Source of the DNA: Candidatus Dojkabacteria bacterium
Lineage (GTDB): Bacteria > Patescibacteriota > Dojkabacteria > JAHIVN01
DNA: 64,000 nt
Direction: 5' to 3'
Assembly: GCA_016932045.1 (NCBI GenBank)
Contig: JAFGDO010000023.1
Coordinates: 42,337-106,336 of the forward strand
The notes under the pieces were generated by a model. That model searched no databases, was not told where the DNA came from, and was given only the letters and a program-made list of their open reading frames with translations. Numbering within the stretch: position 1 is the stretch's first letter; each line of letters opens with the position of its first letter. The translations under genes and the position numbers were made by a program. This document shows positions 11,217-20,409 of this stretch, one piece after another.

Positions 11217-11246
11217 TGAGGGGCTTGTCCCCTCATTTTATTTTAT
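11217..11246 (+). terminator. hairpin plus T-tract between rpsJ and rplC (attenuator or terminator candidate)
   Basis: TGAGGGG-cttgt-CCCCTCA stem followed by ATTTTATTTTAT. Confidence 0.4.
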
Positions 11247-11266
11247 AGTAGTAATAATTTTTGACA

Positions 11267-11887
11267 ATGAATATGATTCTTGGGAAGAAAAAGGAGATGA
11301 CACAAATTTTTCTTGATAGCGGTGCTGTGGTCCCATGTACTATCATTGATGTTTCGGGTGTAGCTGTAGTTGGAAAGCGTACAAAAGAAAGGGATGGTTA
11401 TGAAGCGATCATTTTGGGTATGGGGAGGAAACGCAGAGCAAAGAAGGTTGAAGAAGGTGTTTATAAGGATTTAAAATTTGTTCCCAAAGTGGTGTCTGAA
11501 TTTAGGATCTCGAAAGATACAGATAGTGAAGGACTTAAAATTGGAGAGGACGTAAAGATCGAGAATTTCAAGACAGGGGAAAAGGTCGATATTAGCGGAG
11601 TTACAAAGGGAAAAGGTTTTCAAGGTGTTGTAAGAAGATGGGGGTTCAAAGGAGGTTCAAGGACTAGAGGGCAGTCAGATAAGCAAAGACATGGCGGATC
11701 TATAGGTGCAGGTACTGATCCGGGGAGAGTGTTTAAAGGTAAAAAAATGCCTGGTCGCATGGGAGGAGAAGTTATGACAATTAGAAATCTTGAAATAGTT
11801 AAGGTTGATACCGAAAATGCTCTATTGTGTGTCAAGGGTGCAGTGCCAGGTGGGAGACACAGCGTACTCAGGATAACCAAGGCTTAG
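11267..11887 (+). CDS. rplC: 50S ribosomal protein L3
   Basis: ILGKKKEMTQIF N-terminus and C-terminal GKGFQG ... RHGGSIG motifs; start codon uncertain (TTG 11261 / ATG 11267 / ATG 11273). Confidence 0.9.
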   Translation: MNMILGKKKEMTQIFLDSGAVVPCTIIDVSGVAVVGKRTKERDGYEAIILGMGRKRRAKKVEEGVYKDLKFVPKVVSEFRISKDTDSEGLKIGEDVKIENFKTGEKVDISGVTKGKGFQGVVRRWGFKGGSRTRGQSDKQRHGGSIGAGTDPGRVFKGKKMPGRMGGEVMTIRNLEIVKVDTENALLCVKGAVPGGRHSVLRITKA

Positions 11888-11903
11888 TTGTTTTTTTTAT
11901 ATT

Positions 11904-12452
11904 ATGAAAAAGATTATAGCTATTTTTTTGATTATATTGTTCTTTTTGTTGCTTGGTCTTTTAGTCAAAACTTATTTAGATATAGAGGATGCAAAAGTCT
12001 ATATCGAGTTCGTAATGAATTCTGCTAATAATTGTCTTGTAAAGGTCGAGGAAATGAATCGCAATTTAAATGAATTTCAATATAATGAGGAAGAGACCCA
12101 AGATATCGGAGAGTTGGAGAGTAGCTTAGAAGATTTGAAAAGGACCTATGATGATATAAATAGTCAGAAAGAGAATTATGTTATTCCTTATGAGGCCCAA
12201 GGTGTTGATGAGGAGTTGGGGAGATATCTAGAGAATGTTGGGAATGTCATTAGTTCATATGAAGGATTATTAGATGCTATAAATAACCTCGAAGAAAAAG
12301 CTGACTTCGAGGATAAGTTGGAAATATATATAGGAAATTCTAACGAATTACAGCTTGAGGCAGATCAGCTTGAAGGAGAATTAACTGAGTATGTTGACTC
12401 TTACACCAAATTTGATCTTAATAGGGTTATAAATGCAATTAAATCTATATAG
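11904..12452 (+). CDS. hypothetical membrane-anchored acidic coiled-coil protein inserted between rplC and rplD
   Basis: 182 aa; N-terminal hydrophobic helix (IIAIFLIILFFLLLGLLV) then Glu/Asp-rich helical sequence; not a known S10-operon member. Confidence 0.55.
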   Translation: MKKIIAIFLIILFFLLLGLLVKTYLDIEDAKVYIEFVMNSANNCLVKVEEMNRNLNEFQYNEEETQDIGELESSLEDLKRTYDDINSQKENYVIPYEAQGVDEELGRYLENVGNVISSYEGLLDAINNLEEKADFEDKLEIYIGNSNELQLEADQLEGELTEYVDSYTKFDLNRVINAIKSI

Positions 12453-13317
12453 TTCAAAAGGTACAAAATTAAACACGAAGATTCAGCTTGACGAGTCTGT
12501 TTTTAACGTAAAGGTTAACAAGCACCTCCTAGGACTTGCGGTCGATGTTTATCAGAAAGGACAAAGACAGTCAACTGCTCATACAAAAAAGAGGGGAGAG
12601 GTTCGTGGTGGAGGAGTAAAGCCTTGGAGACAAAAAGGTACCGGAAGAGCAAGAGCAGGATCGATTAGGAGTCCGATATGGAAAGGTGGGGGAGTTGTGT
12701 TTGGTCCTAGGACGGAAAGAAACTATAAACAAAAACTTTCAAGGAAGATGAGAAAAGGTGCTATCCGAAGTGCTCTTTCATATTTTACAAAGGAAAAGAA
12801 ATTAATTCTACTTGAAGGAATAGAATTTAAGTCAGATAGGCTAACCAAGCATGTGGTTGAAATGACAGAAAAGTTGCCCGTGGGTGAGAAAGTACTGTAT
12901 ATACAAAAGGGAGACTTAAAAAATTTGTATCTGGGATGTAGAAATCTTAAGAAGGTAAATGTTATTCCTGTGAATGAAATAGATGTCTATACACTGCTTA
13001 ATCATGATTATATAATCATACTCAAAGATGCTTTGGCGGACATGAGTAAATACTGGGGTGAAAAAAAGAGGGGTAAGAAGGAGGAGCAAGTCACTTCGAA
13101 AGTAGAAAAGAAAACAGAAATAAGAAAAGTTGGGAAAAAAGCCAGTGTGTCGGTGGAAGATCTTGGCCTATCGGCAAGAGTAATAGGAGCTCTCAAGAGT
13201 AGTAAAATACTTAGTAAAGATCAGTTAATAAAAGCTATCAAAAATGATGACAAAATAAATGGTGTTGGCAAAAAAAGTTTAGACGAGATAAGGCAAATTT
13301 TAAAAATTAAGAAATAA
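12433..13317 (+). CDS. rplD: 50S ribosomal protein L4 with about 85-aa C-terminal extension ending in an HhH (RNAP alpha-CTD-like) motif
   Basis: L4 core KPWRQKGTGRARAGSIRSPIWKGGGVVFGP; the extra C-terminus LGLSARVIGALKSSKILSKDQL ... INGVGKKSLDEIRQIL resembles the RpoA CTD in the same window. Confidence 0.9.
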   Translation: MQLNLYSSKGTKLNTKIQLDESVFNVKVNKHLLGLAVDVYQKGQRQSTAHTKKRGEVRGGGVKPWRQKGTGRARAGSIRSPIWKGGGVVFGPRTERNYKQKLSRKMRKGAIRSALSYFTKEKKLILLEGIEFKSDRLTKHVVEMTEKLPVGEKVLYIQKGDLKNLYLGCRNLKKVNVIPVNEIDVYTLLNHDYIIILKDALADMSKYWGEKKRGKKEEQVTSKVEKKTEIRKVGKKASVSVEDLGLSARVIGALKSSKILSKDQLIKAIKNDDKINGVGKKSLDEIRQILKIKK

Positions 13318-13319
13318 AT

Positions 13320-13622
13320 ATGGCGACTACTATGAAATTTGACATATTGATAAGACCAGTAATAACTGAAAAAAGTTTAAAACTTGTGGACGAGAAAAAC
13401 CAGTATACATTTGTGGTTAGCTCATTTTCAAATAAGACAGATGTCAAGAAGGCTATTGAAAAGAAATTTAAAGTGAATGTTCTGAAGGTAAGAATAGTAA
13501 GTGTTGAGGGAGGAAGAGTCTTATGGGGGAAAAGAAGGATATCTGGAAGAAAGAAAGACTATAAAAAAGCTATTGTGACGCTAAAGAGTTCTGATTCTAT
13601 TGATCTATTTAAGGTAAAATAA
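13320..13622 (+). CDS. rplW: 50S ribosomal protein L23
   Basis: conserved L23 sequence, operon position. Confidence 0.9.
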   Translation: MATTMKFDILIRPVITEKSLKLVDEKNQYTFVVSSFSNKTDVKKAIEKKFKVNVLKVRIVSVEGGRVLWGKRRISGRKKDYKKAIVTLKSSDSIDLFKVK

Positions 13623-13654
13623 TTTGTAAGTTAAGAAAGAATCTAAGTTCTATT

Positions 13655-14503
13655 ATGGCATTAAAAAAGTATAAACCAAAAACACCGAGTTTAAGGCATA
13701 CTGTACTGGTGGATACGCGGGCATTGGCCAAGAAAAGGCCAATGAAATCTTTAGTACAGGCAGTTGACTACAAGGCTGGTAGAAGAAAGGGCAGGATAAC
13801 TGTAAGGCATAAAGGTGGAAGGGTAAAGAGGTTATACAGAGTTATAGATTTTAAACGTGAGAAAATTGATGTTCCAGCTACTGTGGAATCGATAGAATAC
13901 GATCCAAATAGGTCATCAAACATTGCATTGCTAAAATACAAAGATGGAGAGAGGAGATATATATTGGCACCGGCAGGTTTGAAGGAGGGATCTCAGGTCA
14001 TATCAGGGGAGGATGTACCTGTAAAAGTTGGAAATGCAACTAAACTGAAAAATATACAAAGTGGTATAAAGGTTCATAATGTTGAATTAAAGGCTGGAGG
14101 TGGAGGGAAATTATGCAGATCGGCTGGTAACTCTGCTCTTGTGATGGGAGGCGATAAGAATTATGTCCAACTAAGAATGCCAAGTGGTGAGATTAGGTTA
14201 GTTCACGAGGATTGTTATGCGACAATAGGGGAGGTAGGAAATGTTGATCATGGTAATGTGAAACTTGGCAAGGCCGGTAGAAAAAGAAGACTTGGAATTA
14301 GACCAACAGTAAGAGGGCAGGTCATGGGGGCACAAGAACATCCTCATGGAGGTGGAGAGGCGAAACACAGGGTTGGTGGGCAGAGAAAAAGTATTTATGG
14401 ACATAGGATGGGCGTCAAAACAAGAAAAACTAAGCGTACTAACAAGTATATTATAAAGAGAAGGACTACAAAGAGAAGATCAAAAGTAAAAAAATTAAAG
14501 TAA
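13655..14503 (+). CDS. rplB: 50S ribosomal protein L2
   Basis: conserved L2 motifs (GGGKL ... GNVDHGN ... HPHGGGEAK), 282 aa. Confidence 0.95.
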   Translation: MALKKYKPKTPSLRHTVLVDTRALAKKRPMKSLVQAVDYKAGRRKGRITVRHKGGRVKRLYRVIDFKREKIDVPATVESIEYDPNRSSNIALLKYKDGERRYILAPAGLKEGSQVISGEDVPVKVGNATKLKNIQSGIKVHNVELKAGGGGKLCRSAGNSALVMGGDKNYVQLRMPSGEIRLVHEDCYATIGEVGNVDHGNVKLGKAGRKRRLGIRPTVRGQVMGAQEHPHGGGEAKHRVGGQRKSIYGHRMGVKTRKTKRTNKYIIKRRTTKRRSKVKKLK

Positions 14504-14538
14504 TCTGAGTGAATTCAATAATTTATTAATAGATATAA

Positions 14539-14844
14539 ATGGCTAGATCAAGTAAAAAAGGACCATATATTGATCAGAGGTTGTTGGAAAAGGTACTAAA
14601 AGCGAAAGGCGAAGGAGCGAAGAAGCCTATTAGAACGTGGGCAAGGGCTTCGTCTATCTCTCCTGAGATGGTAGGAGTAACTTTTGATGTGCACAATGGA
14701 AAGACTTTTATACCTGTTTTTGTTACTGAGTCAATGGTGGGTCATAAATTAGGTGAATTTGCTCATACAAGAAGGTTTACCGGACATAGTAAGAAAGGTA
14801 AAATTGCAAAGGTAACAGGCACGGTGGGAAGAATTGAAGAGTAA
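14539..14844 (+). CDS. rpsS: 30S ribosomal protein S19
   Basis: [12 protein letters not shown] ... HNGK motifs. Confidence 0.95.
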   Translation: MARSSKKGPYIDQRLLEKVLKAKGEGAKKPIRTWARASSISPEMVGVTFDVHNGKTFIPVFVTESMVGHKLGEFAHTRRFTGHSKKGKIAKVTGTVGRIEE

Positions 14845-14921
14845 AATGGAATTATTGAGTTAATAGAATAATTCAGAGTAATGAGTTATTTAGAATTTTT
14901 ATTAAAGTCTTTTTGTAAGAA

Positions 14922-15407
14922 ATGCCGGATAATAAAGCTAAAAGTAAACAAGTGAACAATAAAGAGACAAAGAAAGTCCAGAAAGGACCTTCAAAAAAGA
15001 AGGTTGCAAAAAGAATAAATACGCCCGATAAAAAAAGAGTTAGTAAAACCAAGGAGTCAGGCGGAGATGAGTCAAAAGTAGTATATGCAGTGGAGAAGTA
15101 TTTAAATATATCTGCCCGAAAAGCAAGGCTAGTGGTTGATTTGGTGCGGGGCGGAAATGCTCTTGATGCAGTTAAGAGTTTAGAATTTTTGAATAAGAAA
15201 GCTGCTTTATTTGTAAAGAAGGCAGTTGAATCAGCTGTATCAAATGCAGTAAACAATTTTGAAATGAACAAGGATAAGTTATTTATAGTTGAAGCATTTA
15301 TCGACGAAGCGCCAACATTTAAGCGAGGTAGAGCAGGCTCAAGGGGTAGGTACAAAAAGATTCTAAAAAGGAATTGTCATATAAAAATTGGAGTAGCAGA
15401 GAAATAA
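14922..15407 (+). CDS. rplV: 50S ribosomal protein L22 with Lys-rich N-terminal extension
   Basis: L22 core ARKARLVVDLVRG ... ; about 45 extra N-terminal residues. Confidence 0.9.
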   Translation: MPDNKAKSKQVNNKETKKVQKGPSKKKVAKRINTPDKKRVSKTKESGGDESKVVYAVEKYLNISARKARLVVDLVRGGNALDAVKSLEFLNKKAALFVKKAVESAVSNAVNNFEMNKDKLFIVEAFIDEAPTFKRGRAGSRGRYKKILKRNCHIKIGVAEK

Positions 15408-15480
15408 TTTAAGACTATTGAGTGACTAGAAGATAAAAAGTTTAATTTTAAAAATTACTTTAACAGTATAAATCTTAACT

Positions 15481-16116
15481 ATGGGACAGAAAATAAACGC
15501 AACGGGTTTAAGGGTGGGTATAAAAAAGGACTGGACATCAGTCTGGTATACATCTAAGGATAAATATGGAGAGACTGTTTACCAGGATTATATAATAAGG
15601 AAGTTTATTAGGAAGGAGCTCAGATCAGCTGGAGTTGATAGTATAGAGATAAGGAGATATATGAAAAAGGTAGAGATAGAAATCCGTGTAGCAAGACCTG
15701 GTGTTGTGATTGGAAGAGGGGGGACACAGATAGAGAAACTAAAAGAATCAATCAATAAGCTAGTCGATAATAAGGTTGAACTTAAGATTGTTGAGGTAAA
15801 AGATCCGGAAGTATCAGCACAGTTAATTGCTGATCGGCTTGTAGAACAACTTGAAAGGCGTGTCGTTCCAAAGTTCGTTATGACGAAAGAGCTTGAAAAA
15901 GCAGTTGCTACAGGTAAAGTTAGGGGAATTAGAATATGGGTATCAGGTAGGATAAAGGGAGCTGAAATTGCAAGGACAGAAAAGGTACAATGGGGAACAA
16001 TACCACTGCAGACCTTGGAGGCGGATATTACTTATGCCACATCTGAAGCTCAAGTACCAAACGCCGGTAAGCAGGGAGTAAAGGTTTGGATTTATAAGGG
16101 AAAAGAGAAGAGGTAA
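15481..16116 (+). CDS. rpsC: 30S ribosomal protein S3
   Basis: MGQKINATGLRVGI ... KH domain, 211 aa. Confidence 0.95.
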   Translation: MGQKINATGLRVGIKKDWTSVWYTSKDKYGETVYQDYIIRKFIRKELRSAGVDSIEIRRYMKKVEIEIRVARPGVVIGRGGTQIEKLKESINKLVDNKVELKIVEVKDPEVSAQLIADRLVEQLERRVVPKFVMTKELEKAVATGKVRGIRIWVSGRIKGAEIARTEKVQWGTIPLQTLEADITYATSEAQVPNAGKQGVKVWIYKGKEKR

Positions 16117-16182
16117 AGGGCAAAGGGTGAGAGGTAGAAGGAGTTTTGCCTAATTAGATCAATATTAATAATAGATAAAACT

Positions 16183-16587
16183 ATGTTACAACCTAGAAAA
16201 GAAAAGTATCGGAAAAAATTTAGGGGTAAAATGCGTGGAAAATCGCAAAGAGCTAACAAAGTGACTACAGGAGAGTATGGTCTCAAGGCAGTCACAAGAG
16301 GATGGGTGAGTTCAAATCAGTTGGAATCCGCAAGAAAAAGTATTGCTCACTACACAAAACGTAAAGGTAAGTTATGGGTAAGGATTTTTCCCGATAAGTC
16401 TTATACAACTAAGCCAGCAGAAGTGAAGATGGGAGGAGGAAAGGGTGACATAGCAGGGTATGTTGCTGTTGTGAAGCCAGGGCGTATAATATTTGAGCTC
16501 AGTGGAATTGAAGAATCAGTTGCGAAAGAAGCTCTAAGAAGGGCCGGACACAAGGTAACTATTAAAACAAAGTTTGTAAAGAAATAA
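16183..16587 (+). CDS. rplP: 50S ribosomal protein L16
   Basis: MLQPRKEKYRKKFRG ... conserved L16. Confidence 0.95.
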   Translation: MLQPRKEKYRKKFRGKMRGKSQRANKVTTGEYGLKAVTRGWVSSNQLESARKSIAHYTKRKGKLWVRIFPDKSYTTKPAEVKMGGGKGDIAGYVAVVKPGRIIFELSGIEESVAKEALRRAGHKVTIKTKFVKK

Positions 16588-16589
16588 AG

Positions 16590-16928
16590 ATGAGTTCCAA
16601 AAAATACAAAAAGATGACAATTGAAGAACTGTTAGAAAGTGTCGATAAACAAAGAGAAGATCTTGCTCAGTTGTGTTTTGATGTTGGTATAGGAAGAGAG
16701 AAAGATTATGCACAAGTAAAAACAGAAAAGAGGAAACTAGCTACCATGCTAACTGTGTTGAAAGAAAGACGGGCAGAGAAGTCTATTCCTTCTCCTAATA
16801 AAGAAAAAACGACAAAAAAGGGGTCCAAAGATGATGATAAGACAAAACAAAAGGTAATAGAAAAAGAACATAAATTAGATAAATCAAAAAGAAATGAAAA
16901 AAACAAACAAAAGACAACAAAAAAATAA
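16590..16928 (+). CDS. rpmC: 50S ribosomal protein L29 with Lys-rich C-terminal tail
   Basis: L29 core MTIEELLESVDKQREDLAQL ... plus about 45-aa K/E tail. Confidence 0.85.
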   Translation: MSSKKYKKMTIEELLESVDKQREDLAQLCFDVGIGREKDYAQVKTEKRKLATMLTVLKERRAEKSIPSPNKEKTTKKGSKDDDKTKQKVIEKEHKLDKSKRNEKNKQKTTKK

Positions 16929-17196
16929 AGAATATGAACAAGAAAGTAGGAGTAGGAAGAAGGTTCTACAGGGGGAAGTTGTAAGCAATAAGATGCTAAA
17001 TACTGTCGTAGTGAAGGTTACTAGTCGCAATGCTGATCCATTGTACGGGAAGATTATTACAAGATCAAAGAAATACAAAGCCCATACAAATGAGGATATA
17101 AAGGTTGGCACAATAGTGAGCATAGAGCAGTGTAGGCCAATTTCAAAAGCAAAGAGATGGAGGGTTATTCCCAATATTGACGGAAAAGAAAGTTGA
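16894..17196 (+). CDS. rpsQ: 30S ribosomal protein S17 (start overlaps rpmC; exact start uncertain)
   Basis: VLQGEVVSNKMLNTVVVKV ... CRPISKAKRWRV typical S17. Confidence 0.85.
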   Translation: MKKTNKRQQKNKEYEQESRSRKKVLQGEVVSNKMLNTVVVKVTSRNADPLYGKIITRSKKYKAHTNEDIKVGTIVSIEQCRPISKAKRWRVIPNIDGKES

Positions 17197-17227
17197 TAGT
17201 ATATAATTTTGAATAAATGAATAAAAA

Positions 17228-17611
17228 GTGATACAGTCACAAAGTAAGTTAAAAATAGCTGATAATACGGGGGTGAAGTTTGTTAAAGTGATTTCTATTC
17301 GTGGAAGGCAAAAAGGAGGAGGGTATCAAAGGTTTGGTGGTGTAGGAGATATTGTTAGTGCTTCGGTAATAAAGGCTTTGCCGAATTCAACTATCTCTGA
17401 ACATGAAAAGGTACATGTTGTTATTGTTCGAACCAAAAAGGAATGTCGAAGGAAAGACGGGAGTTATTTACGGTTTGATGATAATGCAGGTGTAATTATT
17501 GATTTAGATAATAGAGCTCCGATTGGGACAAGAGTTCTAGGTCCAGTTGCTCGTGAACTAAAGGTGAAAGGTTTTACCAAAATCATAAGTTTAGCACCAG
17601 AAGTATTATAG
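17228..17611 (+). CDS. rplN: 50S ribosomal protein L14
   Basis: MIQSQSKLKIADNTGVK ... conserved L14. Confidence 0.95.
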   Translation: MIQSQSKLKIADNTGVKFVKVISIRGRQKGGGYQRFGGVGDIVSASVIKALPNSTISEHEKVHVVIVRTKKECRRKDGSYLRFDDNAGVIIDLDNRAPIGTRVLGPVARELKVKGFTKIISLAPEVL

Positions 17612-17636
17612 TGACTTTATTTTTAATAGTTTCAAT

Positions 17637-17951
17637 GTGAAGGTTAAAAAAGGAGACACAGTGAAAGTAATATCTGGAAAGGATCGTGGAAAGATAGGTA
17701 CGGTTTCTATGGTATTAAGGAAAAGTGGGAAGATTGTAGTTGAAAAAGTAAATGTAGTTAAGAAGCATAAGAAGCAGACTGGAGAGCAGAAGGATCAGGG
17801 TGGGATTATTGAGGTTGAGTCTCCAATCCCTCAAGGCAAAGTGATGATTGTTTGCTCAAAATGCAATAAGCCCACTAGGATAGGCTATAAGAAGCAGACA
17901 GATAAAAAGGTCAGAATTTGTAAAAAATGCGATAAGGTTCTAGACGAATAA
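17637..17951 (+). CDS. rplX: 50S ribosomal protein L24 with C-terminal C4 zinc-ribbon-like extension (GTG start)
   Basis: KOW motif KKGDTVKVISGKDRGKIG; C-terminus CSKCNKPTRIGYKK ... ICKKCDK. Confidence 0.9.
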   Translation: MKVKKGDTVKVISGKDRGKIGTVSMVLRKSGKIVVEKVNVVKKHKKQTGEQKDQGGIIEVESPIPQGKVMIVCSKCNKPTRIGYKKQTDKKVRICKKCDKVLDE

Positions 17952-17989
17952 TCTTTATTTATTATTCTGAAAAAAAGAAGTCTATAGTA

Positions 17990-18655
17990 ATGAGCGATTT
18001 GAAAGAGAAATATAAAAAAGAGATACTTCCTGAGCTCAAGAAGGAATTAAAAGTGAAGAACGACTTTGAGGTTCCAACGTTAAAACAAATTGTTGTGAAT
18101 ATCGGATTGGGCGAAGTCGTCAACAATAAGCAGGTTCTAGAGAAAGTATCCGAAGACTTGGCGGTCATAACAGGACAGAAGCCGCTTGTTACAAGAGCTA
18201 AAAAAGCAATTTCTAATTTCAAGATTAGAAAAGGTTTGGAGATTGGTTTGAAAATAGACTTGCGTAGCGATAGAATGTGGGACTTTTTTGAAAAGGTGGT
18301 AAGTATCGTACTACCAAGAATTAAGGATTTCAGAGGAGTTTCAAGAAAAGCTTTTGATGGATTCGGTAACTATTCTTTGGGTATAAGAGATCATACTGTT
18401 TTTCCAGAGATTGACCCGAACAAAGTGGATAAAATTCGTAGTTTTCAAATTAATATTATTACGACGGCTAGGAATGATAAGCAGGGCTTTCGGCTTTTAG
18501 AATTACTAGGAATGCCGTTTGCTAAAGTAGAAGACATGAGAATGATGGAGAAGATGCAGGAAGCTATTAGAAAAGAACGGAAGGAGCAAGAGAAGATGAA
18601 GGCTCAGCGACAGTCAGAGGGAAAAGATATCGAGGAAAGAAGAGTAGAGGAATAA
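17990..18655 (+). CDS. rplE: 50S ribosomal protein L5 with charged C-terminal extension
   Basis: conserved L5 core; about 40 extra K/E/R-rich residues. Confidence 0.9.
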   Translation: MSDLKEKYKKEILPELKKELKVKNDFEVPTLKQIVVNIGLGEVVNNKQVLEKVSEDLAVITGQKPLVTRAKKAISNFKIRKGLEIGLKIDLRSDRMWDFFEKVVSIVLPRIKDFRGVSRKAFDGFGNYSLGIRDHTVFPEIDPNKVDKIRSFQINIITTARNDKQGFRLLELLGMPFAKVEDMRMMEKMQEAIRKERKEQEKMKAQRQSEGKDIEERRVEE

Positions 18656-18684
18656 ACTTAATTATAAATAGTTTAATTTAAATT

Positions 18685-18879
18685 ATGGCAAAGACATCGC
18701 AAGTAGAAAAAGCTAAGAAGCTAGAGAAGAAATCTAAGTATTCAACGCGGGTTTATCACCGCTGTAAGATATGCGGTAGAAGGCGAAGTTACTATAGATA
18801 TTTTAAGATGTGTAGGATTTGTTTCCGGAAGCTAGCTCACAAGGGCCAATTGCCAGGAGTTATGAAATCGAGTTGGTAG
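18685..18879 (+). CDS. rpsZ: 30S ribosomal protein S14, zinc-binding type Z
   Basis: 64 aa with [23 protein letters not shown]4 motif. Confidence 0.9.
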   Translation: MAKTSQVEKAKKLEKKSKYSTRVYHRCKICGRRRSYYRYFKMCRICFRKLAHKGQLPGVMKSSW

Positions 18880-18951
18880 CTTTAAATTAGTAGATAACTA
18901 CATAAAATAGAACAATAGTTAGATTTTTAATTAATAGACTCTTTTTAAATT

Positions 18952-19356
18952 ATGGTAACAGATATAATAGGAGATTTTCTAACAAGAATAAGAAATGCAT
19001 ATTTGAGAGGAAAAAAAGAGATAGAAATACCCTCTGCAAAAATGCTTATTTCTATTTCAAAAATCTTAAAAGAAGAGGGTTTTATTGCTGATTTTAAAGA
19101 AGGAAATGAAGGCAAAGACTCTCAACGGAGGATTCTAAAGCTTGAACTTAGATACGGAAATGGCAAAAAGTCTGTAATTCAAGGTATTAAAAGAATATCA
19201 AAGCCTGGTGTTAGAGTTTACACAGGATATAGAGATATACCAAGAGTTTTAAATGGTTTAGGTATTGTTATCCTTACAACACCTAAGGGTATCATGACTG
19301 GTGAAAAGGCGAAAAAAGAAAAAATCGGAGGAGAATTATTGTGTGAAGTCTGGTAG
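18952..19356 (+). CDS. rpsH: 30S ribosomal protein S8
   Basis: DIIGDFLTRIRNA N-terminus and conserved S8 core, operon position. Confidence 0.95.
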   Translation: MVTDIIGDFLTRIRNAYLRGKKEIEIPSAKMLISISKILKEEGFIADFKEGNEGKDSQRRILKLELRYGNGKKSVIQGIKRISKPGVRVYTGYRDIPRVLNGLGIVILTTPKGIMTGEKAKKEKIGGELLCEVW

Positions 19357-19435
19357 ATGTATTAGTTCTTATTTTTATGAGTAGGGAAAGATAATTATCA
19401 CTATATATTTTAATTTTATTAATTGGTAATAGGAA

Positions 19436-20008
19436 ATGTCAAGGATTGGTATACAACCCATTGTGATTCCAGAAGGGGTTGATGTGAAAATTGAAGATAA
19501 CGGTAAGCTCGGAGGTCAAAAAGTAATAGTTAAAGGGCCATTAGGTGAACTTTTGGAAGAATTTAGACAAGGAATAAATTGTAAGGTTGAGAAAGATAAG
19601 ATTGTTTTAGAGAGGAAATCTGAGTCTAAAAAAGTGAGATCTCTTCATGGTCTTTATAGGACTTTGATAGACAATATGATTGTAGGAGTAACAAAAGGTT
19701 ATGAAAAAGATCTGGAGATGGTAGGAATAGGTTTCAGGGCTGAATTAAAAGGGAATTCTCTACATCTGGATGCAGGAGCGACACATCCATTTGTTTTTGA
19801 TCCTCCTCCTGGAATAAGTTTTGAAGTGAATGATAAGGTAAACATAAAAGTAAAAGGTACTGACAAGCAATTAGTTGGACAGCTTGCAGCCAGAATTAGA
19901 TCAGTTCATAAACCCGAGCCTTATCAAGGCAAAGGTATACGATATAAGGGTGAGTATGTTAGAAGGAAAGCCGGAAAAGCAGCTAAAGCCGCAGAAGGAG
20001 CTGAGTAG
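19436..20008 (+). CDS. rplF: 50S ribosomal protein L6
   Basis: MSRIGIQPIVIPEGVDV ... conserved L6. Confidence 0.95.
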   Translation: MSRIGIQPIVIPEGVDVKIEDNGKLGGQKVIVKGPLGELLEEFRQGINCKVEKDKIVLERKSESKKVRSLHGLYRTLIDNMIVGVTKGYEKDLEMVGIGFRAELKGNSLHLDAGATHPFVFDPPPGISFEVNDKVNIKVKGTDKQLVGQLAARIRSVHKPEPYQGKGIRYKGEYVRRKAGKAAKAAEGAE

Positions 20009-20044
20009 AATTCTTTAAATAATAAATTTTAAAAGTAAGGAAAG

Positions 20045-20395
20045 GTGAGTAAAAAAACTCTACGAAAAAAAAGGCAGGAAAGAGTAAGTAGAAAAATAAT
20101 TGGTCTGTCAAAAAGACCTAGACTGGCAGTTTATCGCTCGAATAAGCATATTTATGCCCAAGTAATTGACGACGAAAAGAAGGTTACTCTTGTGAGTTCT
20201 TCTGATAAAAAGTTGTCGCAGGGAGATCAAAAAAAGACAAAGACAGAAAAGGCCTCCCTTGTAGGTATGGATCTTGGGAAAAAGTTAGTTAAGAATAAGA
20301 TTAAAAGTATAGTTTTTGATAGGAGAGGATACAAGTTTCATGGCAGAGTGAAAGCATTAGCTGAGGCTGTCAGGGGAGAGGGAATTATTTTTTAA
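20045..20395 (+). CDS. rplR: 50S ribosomal protein L18
   Basis: RLAVYRSNKHIYAQVIDD motif. Confidence 0.9.
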   Translation: MSKKTLRKKRQERVSRKIIGLSKRPRLAVYRSNKHIYAQVIDDEKKVTLVSSSDKKLSQGDQKKTKTEKASLVGMDLGKKLVKNKIKSIVFDRRGYKFHGRVKALAEAVRGEGIIF

Positions 20396-20409
20396 TAAAT
20401 TTTTGAATA

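Noticed and set aside
10628-17240. Antisense ORFs overlapping rpsJ, rplV and rpsQ (10628-11086, 14873-15355, 16884-17240, all minus strand)
   Set aside because: Each is fully contained in a highly conserved ribosomal-protein gene on the opposite strand and has low-complexity translations.
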